Below, in pieces: positions 18,916 to 29,386 of a stretch of DNA of 64,000 nt. Source of the stretch: Acidimicrobiia bacterium (GTDB taxonomy: Bacteria > Actinomycetota > Acidimicrobiia > Acidimicrobiales > Bin134); the NCBI GenBank assembly GCA_009842675.1, contig VYEX01000077.1:44207-108206 (forward strand), written 5' to 3'. The notes below the pieces were generated by a model that saw only the letters and a program-made list of their open reading frames with translations, was not told where the DNA came from and searched no databases. The translations under genes were made by a program, and so were the position numbers. Every line of letters begins with the position of its first letter. The stretch's first letter is position 1.

Positions 18916-20229
18916 ATGACCTTCCATCAAGTCGGCTCCTCGGGGAGCGGTCAGCCTCCGGCGACCCCGCTCGGCAATTTGAGGGCATCGCGCGAGGGTT
19001 GGGGAGGTTTGATGCTGGTGGTCGGCCTGCTTGCCCTAGTGCAGGTGTTCTGGGGACTTCCGATGCTCATCGTCGTGCTGGCCGTTATTGGCATGATCTT
19101 CCTGCACGAGATGGGCCACTTTGTCGCCGCCCGGGCGGCGGGCATGAGTGTCACCGAGTTCTTCTTGGGATTTGGACCCCGCCTGTGGTCTGTCCGCCGG
19201 GGCGAGACCGTCTACGGCATCAAGGCAATACCGGCCGGGGCCTATGTGCGGATCATCGGGATGAACAATCTGGAGGAAGTTCCCCCGGCCGACGAACACC
19301 GCACCTATCGCAGCAAGCCTTACTGGAGGCGGATGTCGGTGGCCGTGGCCGGTTCGACCGTGCATTTTCTACTGGCGCTGGTTCTGATCTTCTCCTTCCT
19401 GGTTATTGGTGGCAAGCACGAAGACGTACCCTCTCCGGATTGGACGGTGAACTTCGTGGCTCCAGGTTCACCGGCCGAGGGGGCGGGGCTGCTGCCGGGC
19501 GACCGCATTGTGTCGGTCGACGACAGTCCGGTCGCCACCATGAGCGAGATGGTGGTGGTATTGCCCGAACCGGGTACCCCGGTGAGCTTGGGGGTAGACA
19601 GGGGAGGCGAAGAACTCGTCCGCACGCTGACACTTAGCACTCATCCTGATGACTCCAATAAGGGATTCATCGGCATCTCGTCTGCTTCAGCCTGGTCGCG
19701 TCATCAGGTAGAAGTCGGATACTTTGAGGCCGTTCCTGAGACACTGGATGAATTCGGTTTCCTGGTCAAGGAATCAGTCTTCGGCATCGGCAGATTCTTC
19801 TCCCCCAGCGGTCTCAGTGAATTCTTCCGCGATGTTGCCGACGAACCAGCCCAGCAGGGCACTGCTCCAGCTGGGGGAGGGTTCACTACGGCGGTGCCCG
19901 CCGACGACGGCGACCGAGTGGTCTCGATCTTCGGCGCGCTCAAGATCGGCGCTGACCTCACCGAGAATGGCTACGGGAATCTGCTGCTGTTCTTAGCTCT
20001 GTTGAATGTGTTCATTGGGGTCTTCAACATGATCCCGCTTCTTCCCTTTGATGGCGGCCATGTAGTGATCGCCACCTACGAGCGCCTGCGGTCCTGGCGA
20101 GGCCGTCGATACAGCGCCGACGTCTCCAAGATGGTGCCGGTGGCCTACGCCGTGATCTTGATTCTGGCCTTTGTCTTCATCGGGTCGGTATATCTCGACT
20201 TCACCGATCCGGTAGAGATTCCGAGTTGA
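18916..20229 (+). CDS. rseP: RseP/Rip1-type M50 site-2 protease with PDZ domain
   Basis: HEMGH, PDZ, FNMIPLLPFDGGH. Confidence 0.92.
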   Translation: MTFHQVGSSGSGQPPATPLGNLRASREGWGGLMLVVGLLALVQVFWGLPMLIVVLAVIGMIFLHEMGHFVAARAAGMSVTEFFLGFGPRLWSVRRGETVYGIKAIPAGAYVRIIGMNNLEEVPPADEHRTYRSKPYWRRMSVAVAGSTVHFLLALVLIFSFLVIGGKHEDVPSPDWTVNFVAPGSPAEGAGLLPGDRIVSVDDSPVATMSEMVVVLPEPGTPVSLGVDRGGEELVRTLTLSTHPDDSNKGFIGISSASAWSRHQVEVGYFEAVPETLDEFGFLVKESVFGIGRFFSPSGLSEFFRDVADEPAQQGTAPAGGGFTTAVPADDGDRVVSIFGALKIGADLTENGYGNLLLFLALLNVFIGVFNMIPLLPFDGGHVVIATYERLRSWRGRRYSADVSKMVPVAYAVILILAFVFIGSVYLDFTDPVEIPS

Positions 20230-20289
20230 GCAACGTGATGGGCTCTAACAATTGCGAACGCCACGCGGCGGGCGTGCCAAGCTGAGGGC

Positions 20290-21513
20290 ATGGAAGTAGA
20301 GGCAGCTTTCGAGCGGCGTCCAACCCGCCAGATCCATGTGGGCGATGTAGCCGTCGGCGGCGGCGCGCCCATCACTGTCCAGTCCATGACCATTACTCGC
20401 ACTGCTGATGTCGAGGGCACCCTTCAGCAGATATACGCCCTGGCTGCGGCGGGGGCCGACATTGTCCGCTGCACCTGCAATGAGATCGAGGCCGCCGAGG
20501 GGCTGGCCCAGATCGTGCCCCGCTCACCAGTGCCAATCGTGGCCGACATTCACCACCAGTACCGCATGGCGCTGGCCGCGCTGGACGCCGGCGTCCAGTG
20601 CCTGAGGCTGAATCCGGGGAATATCCGCAAGCCCGAGCACATCCAAGCGGTGGCCTCAGAGTGCCGGGATCGAGGAGTTCCCATTCGCATCGGCGTGAAC
20701 GGGGGATCACTGCACCCCGATCTCTACCGAAAGCACGGAGACCGGGTTACCCCGGAAGCCATGGTGGAGTCGGCCCAGATGGAGCTCGACTACTTCCGGG
20801 AAGTGGACTTCGACGATGTCAAGATCTCGGTCAAGGCATCCAGCGTGCCTTTGATGATCGAGGCCTACCGACAGTTGTCCGAAGTTACCGACCATCCCCT
20901 GCACCTCGGGGTGACCGAAGCGGGGCCGCCCCCGGTGGGATTGATCAAATCCACGGCGGGCATCGGCACTCTCTTGGCCGAGGGCATCGGCGACACCATC
21001 CGCTACAGCCTCACCGCCGATCCGGTGCAAGAGGCCAAGGCTGGCCGCCAGCTCCTTGAGTCCATGGGGCTGCGGGAGCGAAAGAACGTGGACTTGATCG
21101 CCTGCCCGAGCTGCGGTCGGGCCGAGATCGACGTCTACGCAGTGGCAGAGCAGGCCTTGGAAGCGTTCGGCGACCGGGAGATCCCCCTGCAAGTGGCCGT
21201 CATGGGCTGTGTGGTAAACGGACCCGGCGAGGCGCGCGACGCCGACATCGGCATCGCGGCCGGCAACAAGCGGGGTCACCTATTCGTAAAGGGCCGCAAC
21301 GTGGCCGTGGTGGCTGAGGAAGAAATGGTGTCCGCCCTGGTGGAGTGGGCGGAGCTCATTCACGAGCACGGGGCCGAGGCCGCGCTGGAAAAGGCCGACA
21401 CAGTGGCCGCGGCGCGAGAAGCCGAGCGGGACCGGAGTCGCCTGCTGGCCGAGCAGGGCGAGGATGCGAATCAGGCGGGCAAGAAGATCGAGCTGATCCG
21501 CAAAAGAGCTTGA
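20290..21513 (+). CDS. ispG: HMBPP synthase IspG
   Basis: VQSMT, RLNPGNI, GIGDTIRYSLT, CPSCGR, VMGCVVNGPGE. Confidence 0.98.
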   Translation: MEVEAAFERRPTRQIHVGDVAVGGGAPITVQSMTITRTADVEGTLQQIYALAAAGADIVRCTCNEIEAAEGLAQIVPRSPVPIVADIHHQYRMALAALDAGVQCLRLNPGNIRKPEHIQAVASECRDRGVPIRIGVNGGSLHPDLYRKHGDRVTPEAMVESAQMELDYFREVDFDDVKISVKASSVPLMIEAYRQLSEVTDHPLHLGVTEAGPPPVGLIKSTAGIGTLLAEGIGDTIRYSLTADPVQEAKAGRQLLESMGLRERKNVDLIACPSCGRAEIDVYAVAEQALEAFGDREIPLQVAVMGCVVNGPGEARDADIGIAAGNKRGHLFVKGRNVAVVAEEEMVSALVEWAELIHEHGAEAALEKADTVAAAREAERDRSRLLAEQGEDANQAGKKIELIRKRA

Positions 21514-21568
21514 ACATGGCGGACAAGGCAAATGAGGAGATCGAGATGAACCGCGGGAGAGCGTGAGC

Positions 21569-22981
21569 ATGGCCGACAAAGGGGTGCTTACCTCGCAGAC
21601 CGAGGATTTTCCCCGCTGGTACCAGGACATCCTCAACAAAGCGGAGTTGGCCGACAACGGGCCAGTGCGAGGCACCATGGTGATCCGCCCCTACGGGTAT
21701 GCCCTTTGGGAGCGGATGCAGGCCGAGGTGGACCAGCGCATCAAGGCTGCGGGGGCCGACAACGCCTACTTTCCGCTGTTCATCCCCGAGAGCTACCTGA
21801 ACCGGGAGTCAGACCACGTCGAGGGCTTCAGCCCCGAACTGGCTGTGGTTACCCAGGGCGGAGGCCGCGAGCTGGCCGAGCCGGTGGTTGTGCGCCCCAC
21901 TAGCGAGACCATCATCAATGCCTATTTTTCCAAGTGGGTGCAGAGCCATCGCGACCTGCCGCTGCTGATCAACCAGTGGGCCAACGTGGTCCGCTGGGAG
22001 ATGCGCCCCCGGATCTTCCTGCGGACCACCGAGTTCTTGTGGCAGGAGGGCCACACCGCCCATGCCACACGCCAGGAGGCCCGTGACTATGCCGCCCGAA
22101 TCCTCCACGAGGTGTATCGGGACTTCATGGAGTCGGTGCTGGCCATCCCGGTGCTCATCGGATACAAGACCGAGGCTGAGCGGTTTCCCGGGGCCATCAA
22201 CTCGATGTGCCTCGAAGGGATGATGCGAGACGGCAAGGCGCTCCAGATGGGGACTTCCCACGAGCTGGGGCAGAGCTTTGCCACCATGTTCGACATCACG
22301 TACCTGGATGGCGAGGGAAACCAGTCATATGTGTGGCAGACCTCGTGGGGAGTGTCGTCTCGAATGGTGGGCGGGTTGATCATGGCGCACGGCGACGACC
22401 GCGGCCTGGTCGTCCCGCCCCGTTTGGCCCCCATTCAAGTCGCGGTCATTGCGGTGCGGGATGCCGAGGGGGTCGTGGATGCCTGCCGTCGGCTGGCCGA
22501 TGAACTCGGCGCGGCCGGTATGCGGACGAGGGTGGACGATCGCACCGGAACCGGGTTTGGCCGCAGGGCCACCGACTGGGAACTGAAAGGCGTGCCTGTC
22601 AGGGTGGAGATTGGCCCTCGTGATTTGGAGCAGGGACAGGCCACCCTGGTGTCCCGGATTGGCGGCGAGAAGGAGGCAGTCAGCCTCTCTGAGGCGCCGA
22701 AGAGGGTGGAATCGCTGCTGGAGGCCATCCAACAAAGCGTTTATGACGATGCCATGGCGTGGAGGGACTCCCGGATTTCCGAAGCGGCAACAGCAGATGA
22801 GGTTCGGGAGGCGACTGCTACCGGGTTCGCCCGCATTCCTTGGGCCAAACTCGGGCCAGAAGGCGAAGCTGCCCTGGCCGAGGAAGCGATAACAGTGCGT
22901 TGCTTGCAACGCCCCGACGGGTCTCTGCCCCAAGCTGGCGACGAGCCCGATCTGGTGGCTGTCTGCGGCCGCAGCTACTGA
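21569..22981 (+). CDS. proS: Proline-tRNA ligase, archaeal/eukaryote-like type
   Basis: RPTSETII, QWANVVRWEMR, FLRTTEFLWQEGHTAH, C-terminal GRSY; no INS editing domain. Confidence 0.97.
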   Translation: MADKGVLTSQTEDFPRWYQDILNKAELADNGPVRGTMVIRPYGYALWERMQAEVDQRIKAAGADNAYFPLFIPESYLNRESDHVEGFSPELAVVTQGGGRELAEPVVVRPTSETIINAYFSKWVQSHRDLPLLINQWANVVRWEMRPRIFLRTTEFLWQEGHTAHATRQEARDYAARILHEVYRDFMESVLAIPVLIGYKTEAERFPGAINSMCLEGMMRDGKALQMGTSHELGQSFATMFDITYLDGEGNQSYVWQTSWGVSSRMVGGLIMAHGDDRGLVVPPRLAPIQVAVIAVRDAEGVVDACRRLADELGAAGMRTRVDDRTGTGFGRRATDWELKGVPVRVEIGPRDLEQGQATLVSRIGGEKEAVSLSEAPKRVESLLEAIQQSVYDDAMAWRDSRISEAATADEVREATATGFARIPWAKLGPEGEAALAEEAITVRCLQRPDGSLPQAGDEPDLVAVCGRSY

Positions 22982-23076
22982 AATATGCCCCGCCTGTGCA
23001 ACGACATGCCTGCGCTCAGCGGGTAAGATTGACGGCGTATCGTCGATCTCCATAGTCAAGCTCTATAGGCAGGTTG

Positions 23077-23108
23077 GGCGTGGGCTGGTGCCCACGCCTT
23101 CTCACTTT
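23077..23108 (+). promoter_or_regulatory. rimP leader hairpin / attenuator-like terminator
   Basis: Perfect stem GGCGTGGGC-TGGT-GCCCACGCC followed by TTCTCACTTT, upstream of rimP-nusA-infB. Confidence 0.7.
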
Positions 23109-23157
23109 GGAGACCGGCCAGAAAATCCGTCCAGAGTCGGTCCAGGAAAGGGGCGAA

Positions 23158-23640
23158 ATGTCAGTAGCAGACAACGTGCATGACCTGCTCGCGCCTCTTT
23201 TCCAGGGCAGGGGCCTAGAGGTATACGACCTCACCTATGGAGGCGGGGTCTTGCGCATCATCGTGGACAAGCCCGGCGGCGTCAGCCTGGATGAGGTGGC
23301 TGACGCCTCCAAGGTGGCCTCCCGACTGCTGGACGACAACGACCTCGTTCCCGGCCGTTACACCCTGGAGATGACCAGCCCTGGCCTGGAGCGGCCGTTG
23401 CGACGGCCAGAGCACTATGCCCGGGCAATTGGCGAGGAAATTAGCGTCAAACTCGGCCCCCAAGTCGAGGGACAACGTCGGATCCAGGGTGTGCTGATGG
23501 GATGTGACGATGATGGGATTACCATAGAAGAGGACGGAGTTCCTCGTAGGTTTTCGTTCAGCGACATCACCAAGGCCAGGACCGTTTTTGAATGGGGTCC
23601 GGAGCCGAAGAAAAAGATCAAGGAGAAGAGCAGCCGATGA
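23158..23640 (+). CDS. rimP: Ribosome maturation factor RimP
   Basis: YTLEMTSPGLERPL; synteny. Confidence 0.95.
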   Translation: MSVADNVHDLLAPLFQGRGLEVYDLTYGGGVLRIIVDKPGGVSLDEVADASKVASRLLDDNDLVPGRYTLEMTSPGLERPLRRPEHYARAIGEEISVKLGPQVEGQRRIQGVLMGCDDDGITIEEDGVPRRFSFSDITKARTVFEWGPEPKKKIKEKSSR

Positions 23641-24800
23641 ATCCCGACATGCTGGAAGCCCTGCAAGCGCTGGCCGCAGACAAGGGAATCTCGGTGGAAG
23701 CTCTGCTGGCTGCGCTGGCCGATGCCCTTGAATCGGCCTATAAGCGCATGCCCGACAGCGAGGAATACGCGTGGGTCACGATCAATCCTGAGACGGCCGA
23801 TATCCAGGTCTTCGCACAAAAGCTGGATGACGACGGTGAGCCCATCGGAGAACCGTTCGATGTGACCCCCGACGGCTTCGGCCGCATCGCGGCCCAGACG
23901 GCCAAGCAGGTCATGATGCAGCGAATTCGAGAGGTGGAGCGCGAGCTCAAGTACGAGGAATATGCCGGCCGCGAGGGCGACATCGTAACCGGGATCATTC
24001 AGCAGAACGATGCCCGCTACACCCTTCTGGATTTGGGACGCGTGGAGGCGCTCTTGCCCCAGGCCGAGCAGGTGCCCTTTGAGCGCCCCGATGCCAACAG
24101 CCGCCTCAAGGCCTACATCGTGGAGGTCCGCAAGACGGCCAAGGGCCCGCAAATCGTGGTCAGCCGAACCCACCCTGGACTGATCAGGCGGCTGTTCGAG
24201 CTGGAGGTTCCGGAAATCGCCGATGGCGTGGTGGAGATAAAGGCGTGCGCCCGAGAACCCGGTCACCGGACGAAGATCGCAGTGTCCTCCAATGACACCA
24301 ACGTGGATCCCGTTGGGGCGTGCGTGGGTGCCCGGGGTGCCCGGGTGCGGATGGTGGTCAACGAACTGCGGGGGGAGAAGATCGACATTGTTCCCTTCGC
24401 GGAAGACCCGGCCGACTTCGTGGCCAAAGCGCTGTCTCCGGCCAAGATCAAAGAGGTGTCAATCGACGAGGAGACTGGGGTAGCCGAGGTCGTCGTACCC
24501 GACTACCAGCTTTCGCTGGCCATCGGCAAAGAGGGCCAGAATGCGCGGCTGTCGGCCCGATTGACCGGATGGCGAATCGACATCAAGAGCGAAACCCAGT
24601 TGGCCCAGGAAGCCGCCTATGAGGAGATGGACTGGGCCGAAGGAGAATGGGTGGTTGACGAGACAACCGGCGAGCAAGTTTGGCGGCCAGCTGAAGGGGG
24701 CCCCGCGCTTTCGGCCGAAGAATGGGCAGCTGAGGGGAGTGAAGGGAGCCCGGTTGAGGAGTTGGGGGAACCAGTGGAAGGCGGTCCTCCAACGGGGTAA
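23637..24800 (+). CDS. nusA: Transcription factor NusA
   Basis: FGRIAAQTAKQV, AREPGHRTKIAV, LAIGKEGQNARL. Confidence 0.98.
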   Translation: MNPDMLEALQALAADKGISVEALLAALADALESAYKRMPDSEEYAWVTINPETADIQVFAQKLDDDGEPIGEPFDVTPDGFGRIAAQTAKQVMMQRIREVERELKYEEYAGREGDIVTGIIQQNDARYTLLDLGRVEALLPQAEQVPFERPDANSRLKAYIVEVRKTAKGPQIVVSRTHPGLIRRLFELEVPEIADGVVEIKACAREPGHRTKIAVSSNDTNVDPVGACVGARGARVRMVVNELRGEKIDIVPFAEDPADFVAKALSPAKIKEVSIDEETGVAEVVVPDYQLSLAIGKEGQNARLSARLTGWRIDIKSETQLAQEAAYEEMDWAEGEWVVDETTGEQVWRPAEGGPALSAEEWAAEGSEGSPVEELGEPVEGGPPTG

Positions 24801-24909
24801 AGACCAGTGCCTCAGATTGACTTCGAAATCTGACGGCTGGGCGTGAGAAAATAAAATCCCGACCCAAATGGGTCGGCCGCGCATTGCGGACGGACCAAGA
24901 AAGAGCCAT

Positions 24910-27609
24910 TTGCCAGCAAAAATTCGGGTGTACGAGCTTGCCCGCGAGCTCGGCCTCACGAACAAGGAAACGCTTGATCTCTGCGTGAAACTGGGGATCG
25001 GCGTCAACAGCCACTCCTCGAGCATCGTGGATGCTCAAGCTGACCGCGTCCGGCGGCGAGCGGATCGTGATGGGCTGATTCGGCCACCCGAGCCCGAGCC
25101 TGAACCCGAACCGGAGCCCGAACCGGAGCCTGAGCCCGAACCAGAGCCCGAACCGGAGCCTGAGCCCGAGCCCGAACCGGAGCCTGAGCCCGAACCAGAG
25201 CCCGAGCTCAAATCGGAGCCTGAGCTTGAGGCGGAGCCCGAGCCCGTGGAACCCCCGAAGCCGACGCGGGTGGTCACCTCCAGTGGCGGGATGTCACCTC
25301 GCCCCCGTCCAGCAGCGCCCGCGGCTGAGCCTCCCTCCGCCGCCCCGTCCCCGCCACCCCGAACCGCTCCCAAGCCGGCAGCCGAACCACCTGCGGCTCA
25401 ACCGGCTGCCTCTGCTCGAACCATTCCACCGGTCTCACGCTCGGGTAAGCCGATTCCCCCGCCACCCGGCCGACCGCCTACGTCTTCTTCGGGCAAGCCG
25501 ATTCCCCCGCCCCCTGGTCGGGGCGGTCGGGGTCCGTCACCGAGTCCGCGCCGCGGCCCACGCGGTCCAGTCCGCCCGGCAGCCGGAACCCAAGGGCCGG
25601 GGGTGGCAACGCCCGGCCGGTCACCGGCGCCGTTGCCGGCACGCGGCCCGTCTGGTGCCCTAGGAGGTCCTCCCGGAGGCCCCGGAGGCCCTGCAGGTCG
25701 GGGTAGAGGGGGTCCCCAGCGTCCTCAGCAGAGGCGGCGCAAGAGCCGGCGGCGTCGGCGGGTGGCCGAAGACCTCCAGCCCATGATTACCCCCGACTAC
25801 ACCCCGACGGATGCGGCCGCACCCACGGGTGAGGTGGTGATCGAGCGGGCGTCGACACCGCTGGAGGTGGGTCCGAAGCTGAATCAGACGGCTGCTGATG
25901 TAGTCCGGTTCCTCATGCAGCAGGGAGAGATGGTCACCGCGACCCAGTCCCTGACCGACGACATGATCGAGCTCTTTGCCGCCGAGGTAGGCGCCGAGAT
26001 CCGGCTGGTGGATCCCGGAGAGGAGCAGGAAAACGAGCTGCTCAAACTGCTAGAGGCCGATTTCGACCAAGTTGAACTCACAGAGGACTTCCCCATCCGG
26101 CCTCCGGTGATAACCGTCATGGGCCACGTGGACCATGGCAAGACCAAGCTCCTCGATCAGATCCGCAACGCCAACGTGGCCGAGGGCGAGGCCGGGGGCA
26201 TCACCCAGCACATCGGCGCCTATCAGGTGGACAAGGAAGGGCGAACCCTGACGTTCATCGACACACCCGGCCACGCCGCGTTCACAGCCATGCGGGCCCG
26301 GGGCGCCGACGCCACCGACATCGTGGTGCTGGTAGTGGCAGCCGACGACGGCGTTATGCCCCAGACTCTGGAGGCCATCAACCATGCCCAGGCGGCCGAT
26401 GTTCCCATCGTCGTGGCCGTCAACAAGATCGATCGCAACAACGCCGATCCCAATCGGACCATGCAGCAGCTCTCCGAGCACGAGCTGGTGCCCGAGCAGT
26501 GGGGTGGCGACACAATCATGGTGGAGATCTCTGCTCTTCAGAATCTCGGTATCGACGACTTGCTCGAACAGCTGGCCGTGGTGGCCGAGGTGGAAGACCT
26601 GCGGGCCGATCCGGAGGGTCGGGCCCGAGGAGTGGTATTGGAATCCAACTTGGACATCGGGCGAGGTCCCGTGGCCACATTGTTGGTCCAGCACGGATCC
26701 CTAAGGCGAGGAGACCCAGTGGTTGCCGGGGCATCCTGGGGACGGGTCCGGGCATTGCTCGACGACCGCGGCAACCAGATTAAAGAGGCTCTGCCATCGA
26801 AGCCGGTGCAGGTGCTCGGCCTCTCCGACGTGGCCAACGCCGGTGACGCCTTTGTGGTCGCTCCCAACGAAAAGGTGGCGGCCAAAGTTGCCCAGACACG
26901 AGAGCACTCCCAGCGGATCGCCAGCCTGGGCCGAGACGCCGCCACCACAGGCGGCGCCCGCCTAGAGGACATCTTCAACCAGATCCAGGCCGGCGAGACC
27001 GCCACGCTGAACCTCATCGTCAAGGCAGATGTGAACGGGTCGCTGGAAGCAGTCGTGGACAGCCTCCAGCGCTTGGGGCGCGACGAGGTGAAACTGGCCT
27101 TCGTGCACCGGGGTGTGGGTGGAGTGACTGCCAACGACATCCAGTTGGCCGCCGCGTCCAACGCCACCATCATCGGCTTCAATGTCAGGCCCGATCGCAA
27201 GGCCAGAGAGCTGGCCGAGCTGGAGAAAGTGGAGATCCGCACCTACGAGATCATCTACAAGCTGATCGAGGACGTAGAAAACGCCATGGTGGGGATGCTC
27301 GCTCCTGAATTCGAGGAAGTCGTCACCGGCGACGCCGAGGTGCGGGAGATCTTCCGGATTCCCCGGGTCGGCGCGGTGGCTGGCTGCTATGTGCTCAATG
27401 GGGCCATCTCCCGGGGCTCCAAAGTCCGGTTCTTGCGGGAAGGCGCGGTCATCTGGCGGGGCACAGTCTCCTCTCTCAAGCGATTCAAAGAGGATGTGCG
27501 CGAAGTGCAGTCCGGTTTCGAGTGCGGCATCGGCTTGTCCGACTTCCAAGACCTCAAGCAAGGCGACATCATCGAGACGTTTGAGGAGCGGGAAGTCGCC
27601 CGAGTCTGA
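24910..27609 (+). CDS. infB: Translation initiation factor IF-2 (TTG start inferred)
   Basis: [30 protein letters not shown]. Confidence 0.98.
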   Translation: MPAKIRVYELARELGLTNKETLDLCVKLGIGVNSHSSSIVDAQADRVRRRADRDGLIRPPEPEPEPEPEPEPEPEPEPEPEPEPEPEPEPEPEPEPEPELKSEPELEAEPEPVEPPKPTRVVTSSGGMSPRPRPAAPAAEPPSAAPSPPPRTAPKPAAEPPAAQPAASARTIPPVSRSGKPIPPPPGRPPTSSSGKPIPPPPGRGGRGPSPSPRRGPRGPVRPAAGTQGPGVATPGRSPAPLPARGPSGALGGPPGGPGGPAGRGRGGPQRPQQRRRKSRRRRRVAEDLQPMITPDYTPTDAAAPTGEVVIERASTPLEVGPKLNQTAADVVRFLMQQGEMVTATQSLTDDMIELFAAEVGAEIRLVDPGEEQENELLKLLEADFDQVELTEDFPIRPPVITVMGHVDHGKTKLLDQIRNANVAEGEAGGITQHIGAYQVDKEGRTLTFIDTPGHAAFTAMRARGADATDIVVLVVAADDGVMPQTLEAINHAQAADVPIVVAVNKIDRNNADPNRTMQQLSEHELVPEQWGGDTIMVEISALQNLGIDDLLEQLAVVAEVEDLRADPEGRARGVVLESNLDIGRGPVATLLVQHGSLRRGDPVVAGASWGRVRALLDDRGNQIKEALPSKPVQVLGLSDVANAGDAFVVAPNEKVAAKVAQTREHSQRIASLGRDAATTGGARLEDIFNQIQAGETATLNLIVKADVNGSLEAVVDSLQRLGRDEVKLAFVHRGVGGVTANDIQLAAASNATIIGFNVRPDRKARELAELEKVEIRTYEIIYKLIEDVENAMVGMLAPEFEEVVTGDAEVREIFRIPRVGAVAGCYVLNGAISRGSKVRFLREGAVIWRGTVSSLKRFKEDVREVQSGFECGIGLSDFQDLKQGDIIETFEEREVARV
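25087..25206 (+). repeat. (Pro-Glu) x ~20 hexamer microsatellite in infB
   Basis: CCNGAR units encoding PEPEPE. Confidence 0.95.
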
Positions 27610-27704
27610 CAACACGAGGGGTGAGGTGAATTGATGCGTGCCGCCACCAGTGTGGATGCCCCAGAATTCACTTTGTCCGCCTGCTCAAGGGGCTAGGCAG
27701 TCCG

Positions 27705-27998
27705 ATGCACGTTCTCGCCGTGGTCTATGACTTGCACATCCCAGGCTGTCAATCGCTGAAAGAGCGTCGCTCGGCATTGCGTCCGGTCCTGTCGGGCGTG
27801 GCCCGCAAATTCGGCATCTCGGTGGCGGAGACCGGACACACCGATCTCTGGCAGCGAGCCGAGGTGGGAGTGGCCTTGGTGTCGGGGCAGCCCAGCCAGT
27901 GCCGGACAATGGCCGAGGAGGTGGATCGATATATGTGGTCGATCCCCGACATCGAAGTTGTGGACTCCACGGCCCATTGGCTCAACACCGAGGAGTAG
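27705..27998 (+). CDS. DUF503/YlxP-family protein
   Basis: SLKERRSALRP, SVAETGHTDLWQRAEVG; position between infB and rbfA. Confidence 0.88.
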   Translation: MHVLAVVYDLHIPGCQSLKERRSALRPVLSGVARKFGISVAETGHTDLWQRAEVGVALVSGQPSQCRTMAEEVDRYMWSIPDIEVVDSTAHWLNTEE

Positions 27999-28006
27999 GA
28001 ACTGCC

Positions 28007-28381
28007 ATGGCCCGCAGCCGGTCGTCGCGACCCGTCCGCTATTCACGGTCAGCCCGCCTCGGGGAGTTGCTGCGCGAGATAGTGGCCTCCGAACTGGCTC
28101 AGCTGGACGACGATCGATTGGCGCTGACCAGCGTCACCGGCGTGGAAACCAGCGTCGAGTTGAGCCGGGCCACGGTGTATATCAGCGCCTTGGACGATGA
28201 CGCGGCCACCCAGGCTCTGGAGGCCTTGGAGGAGCATCGCTACCAGCTCAAACAGGCGGTTGCCCGCGCTGCCGCCGTCCGGAGGGTGCCTGACCTCTCG
28301 TTCGCCCTCGACCCGTCAATATCAGCCGGTGAGCGGGTCGACCAGATACTGCGGAATCTGGCTGACGAGGCTGAAGAGTGA
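28007..28381 (+). CDS. rbfA: Ribosome-binding factor A
   Basis: RLGELLREIVASEL, RRVPDLSF; synteny. Confidence 0.93.
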   Translation: MARSRSSRPVRYSRSARLGELLREIVASELAQLDDDRLALTSVTGVETSVELSRATVYISALDDDAATQALEALEEHRYQLKQAVARAAAVRRVPDLSFALDPSISAGERVDQILRNLADEAEE

Positions 28382-28433
28382 CAACCGCTGACGGGCTGGC
28401 TGACGAGGCTGAAGAGTGACAACCGTCGATGGG
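28358..28433 (+). repeat. 38-bp tandem duplication of the rbfA/truB junction
   Basis: CTGGCTGACGAGGCTGAAGAGTGACAACCG at 28358 and 28396. Confidence 0.95.
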
Positions 28434-29315
28434 CTGGCCGTCATCGATAAGGAGGCGGGTTGGACCTCCCATGATGTGGTGGCCAAGGCCCGGGGAATCT
28501 TCGGCACTCGCAAGATAGGGCATTCCGGGACGCTGGATCCCGATGCCACCGGGGTGCTGCTGTTGGGAGTGGGTCGGGCCACCCGGCTGCTGCGATTCCT
28601 CACGCCGCTTCCCAAGCAGTACGTGGGCGAGCTGGTATTGGGTGCCGAGACCACCACGTTGGATGCTTCTGGCGAGGTCACCGCACTCCACGACATGGCC
28701 GAAGTGACCCCGCACCAGGTGGCTGAGGCCGCTTCCCGATTCGTCGGAGACATCATGCAGGTGCCGCCGATGGTCTCGGCCATCAAAGTCGGGGGCCGCC
28801 GGCTGCACGAGCTGGCCCGAGAGGGCATCGAGGTCGAGCGGGAAGCCCGGCCGGTGACCGTCCATGAGCTGGCCGTTGCCCCGGTTGACGCTCCCGCGGG
28901 GGTGTACCGGATCGAGGTGAACTGTTCATCGGGAACCTACGTCCGATCGCTGGCTGCCGATATCGGCTCTGCCCTGGGCGGCGGCGGGCACTTGCGGGCG
29001 TTGCGGCGGTTGGCGGTCGGCTCCTTCGCTATTGAAGAAGCCCACCCAGTTGGCTCGTTCGCCATAGATGAAGCCCACCCAGTTGGCGCTCCAGAGCTGC
29101 TGTCGATGGTGGAGGCCCTGCGTGACTATCCCTCGGTCACGGTCGACGTCGACCTCGGTCGAAGGGTGGCCAACGGACAGGTGCTGAGATCTGAGGAGAT
29201 CGCGGCGGAGGGGGATGGCCCCTGGGCTGTGCTCGGGGCGCAGGGCCAACTGTTGGCCGTTTACGAAACGCACAGATCGGGGATGGTCAAACCGGCGGTG
29301 GTCATCCCCGCTTAA
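28416..29315 (+). CDS. truB: tRNA pseudouridine(55) synthase TruB
   Basis: TSHDVV, GHSGTLDPDATGVL, CSSGTYVRSLA. Confidence 0.97.
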   Translation: MTTVDGLAVIDKEAGWTSHDVVAKARGIFGTRKIGHSGTLDPDATGVLLLGVGRATRLLRFLTPLPKQYVGELVLGAETTTLDASGEVTALHDMAEVTPHQVAEAASRFVGDIMQVPPMVSAIKVGGRRLHELAREGIEVEREARPVTVHELAVAPVDAPAGVYRIEVNCSSGTYVRSLAADIGSALGGGGHLRALRRLAVGSFAIEEAHPVGSFAIDEAHPVGAPELLSMVEALRDYPSVTVDVDLGRRVANGQVLRSEEIAAEGDGPWAVLGAQGQLLAVYETHRSGMVKPAVVIPA

Positions 29316-29386
29316 TTCGCCTTGAGCGGCCCCGTAGTCGAGCGGGATTGTCCAGTTTGACGCTGCGGCCGCTACCGTGCAACGCG

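Noticed and set aside
21481-21582. A-to-G-rich differences suggesting a DGR template/variable repeat pair
   Set aside because: Several mismatches are at non-A positions, the copies are adjacent and short, and there is no reverse transcriptase in the window.
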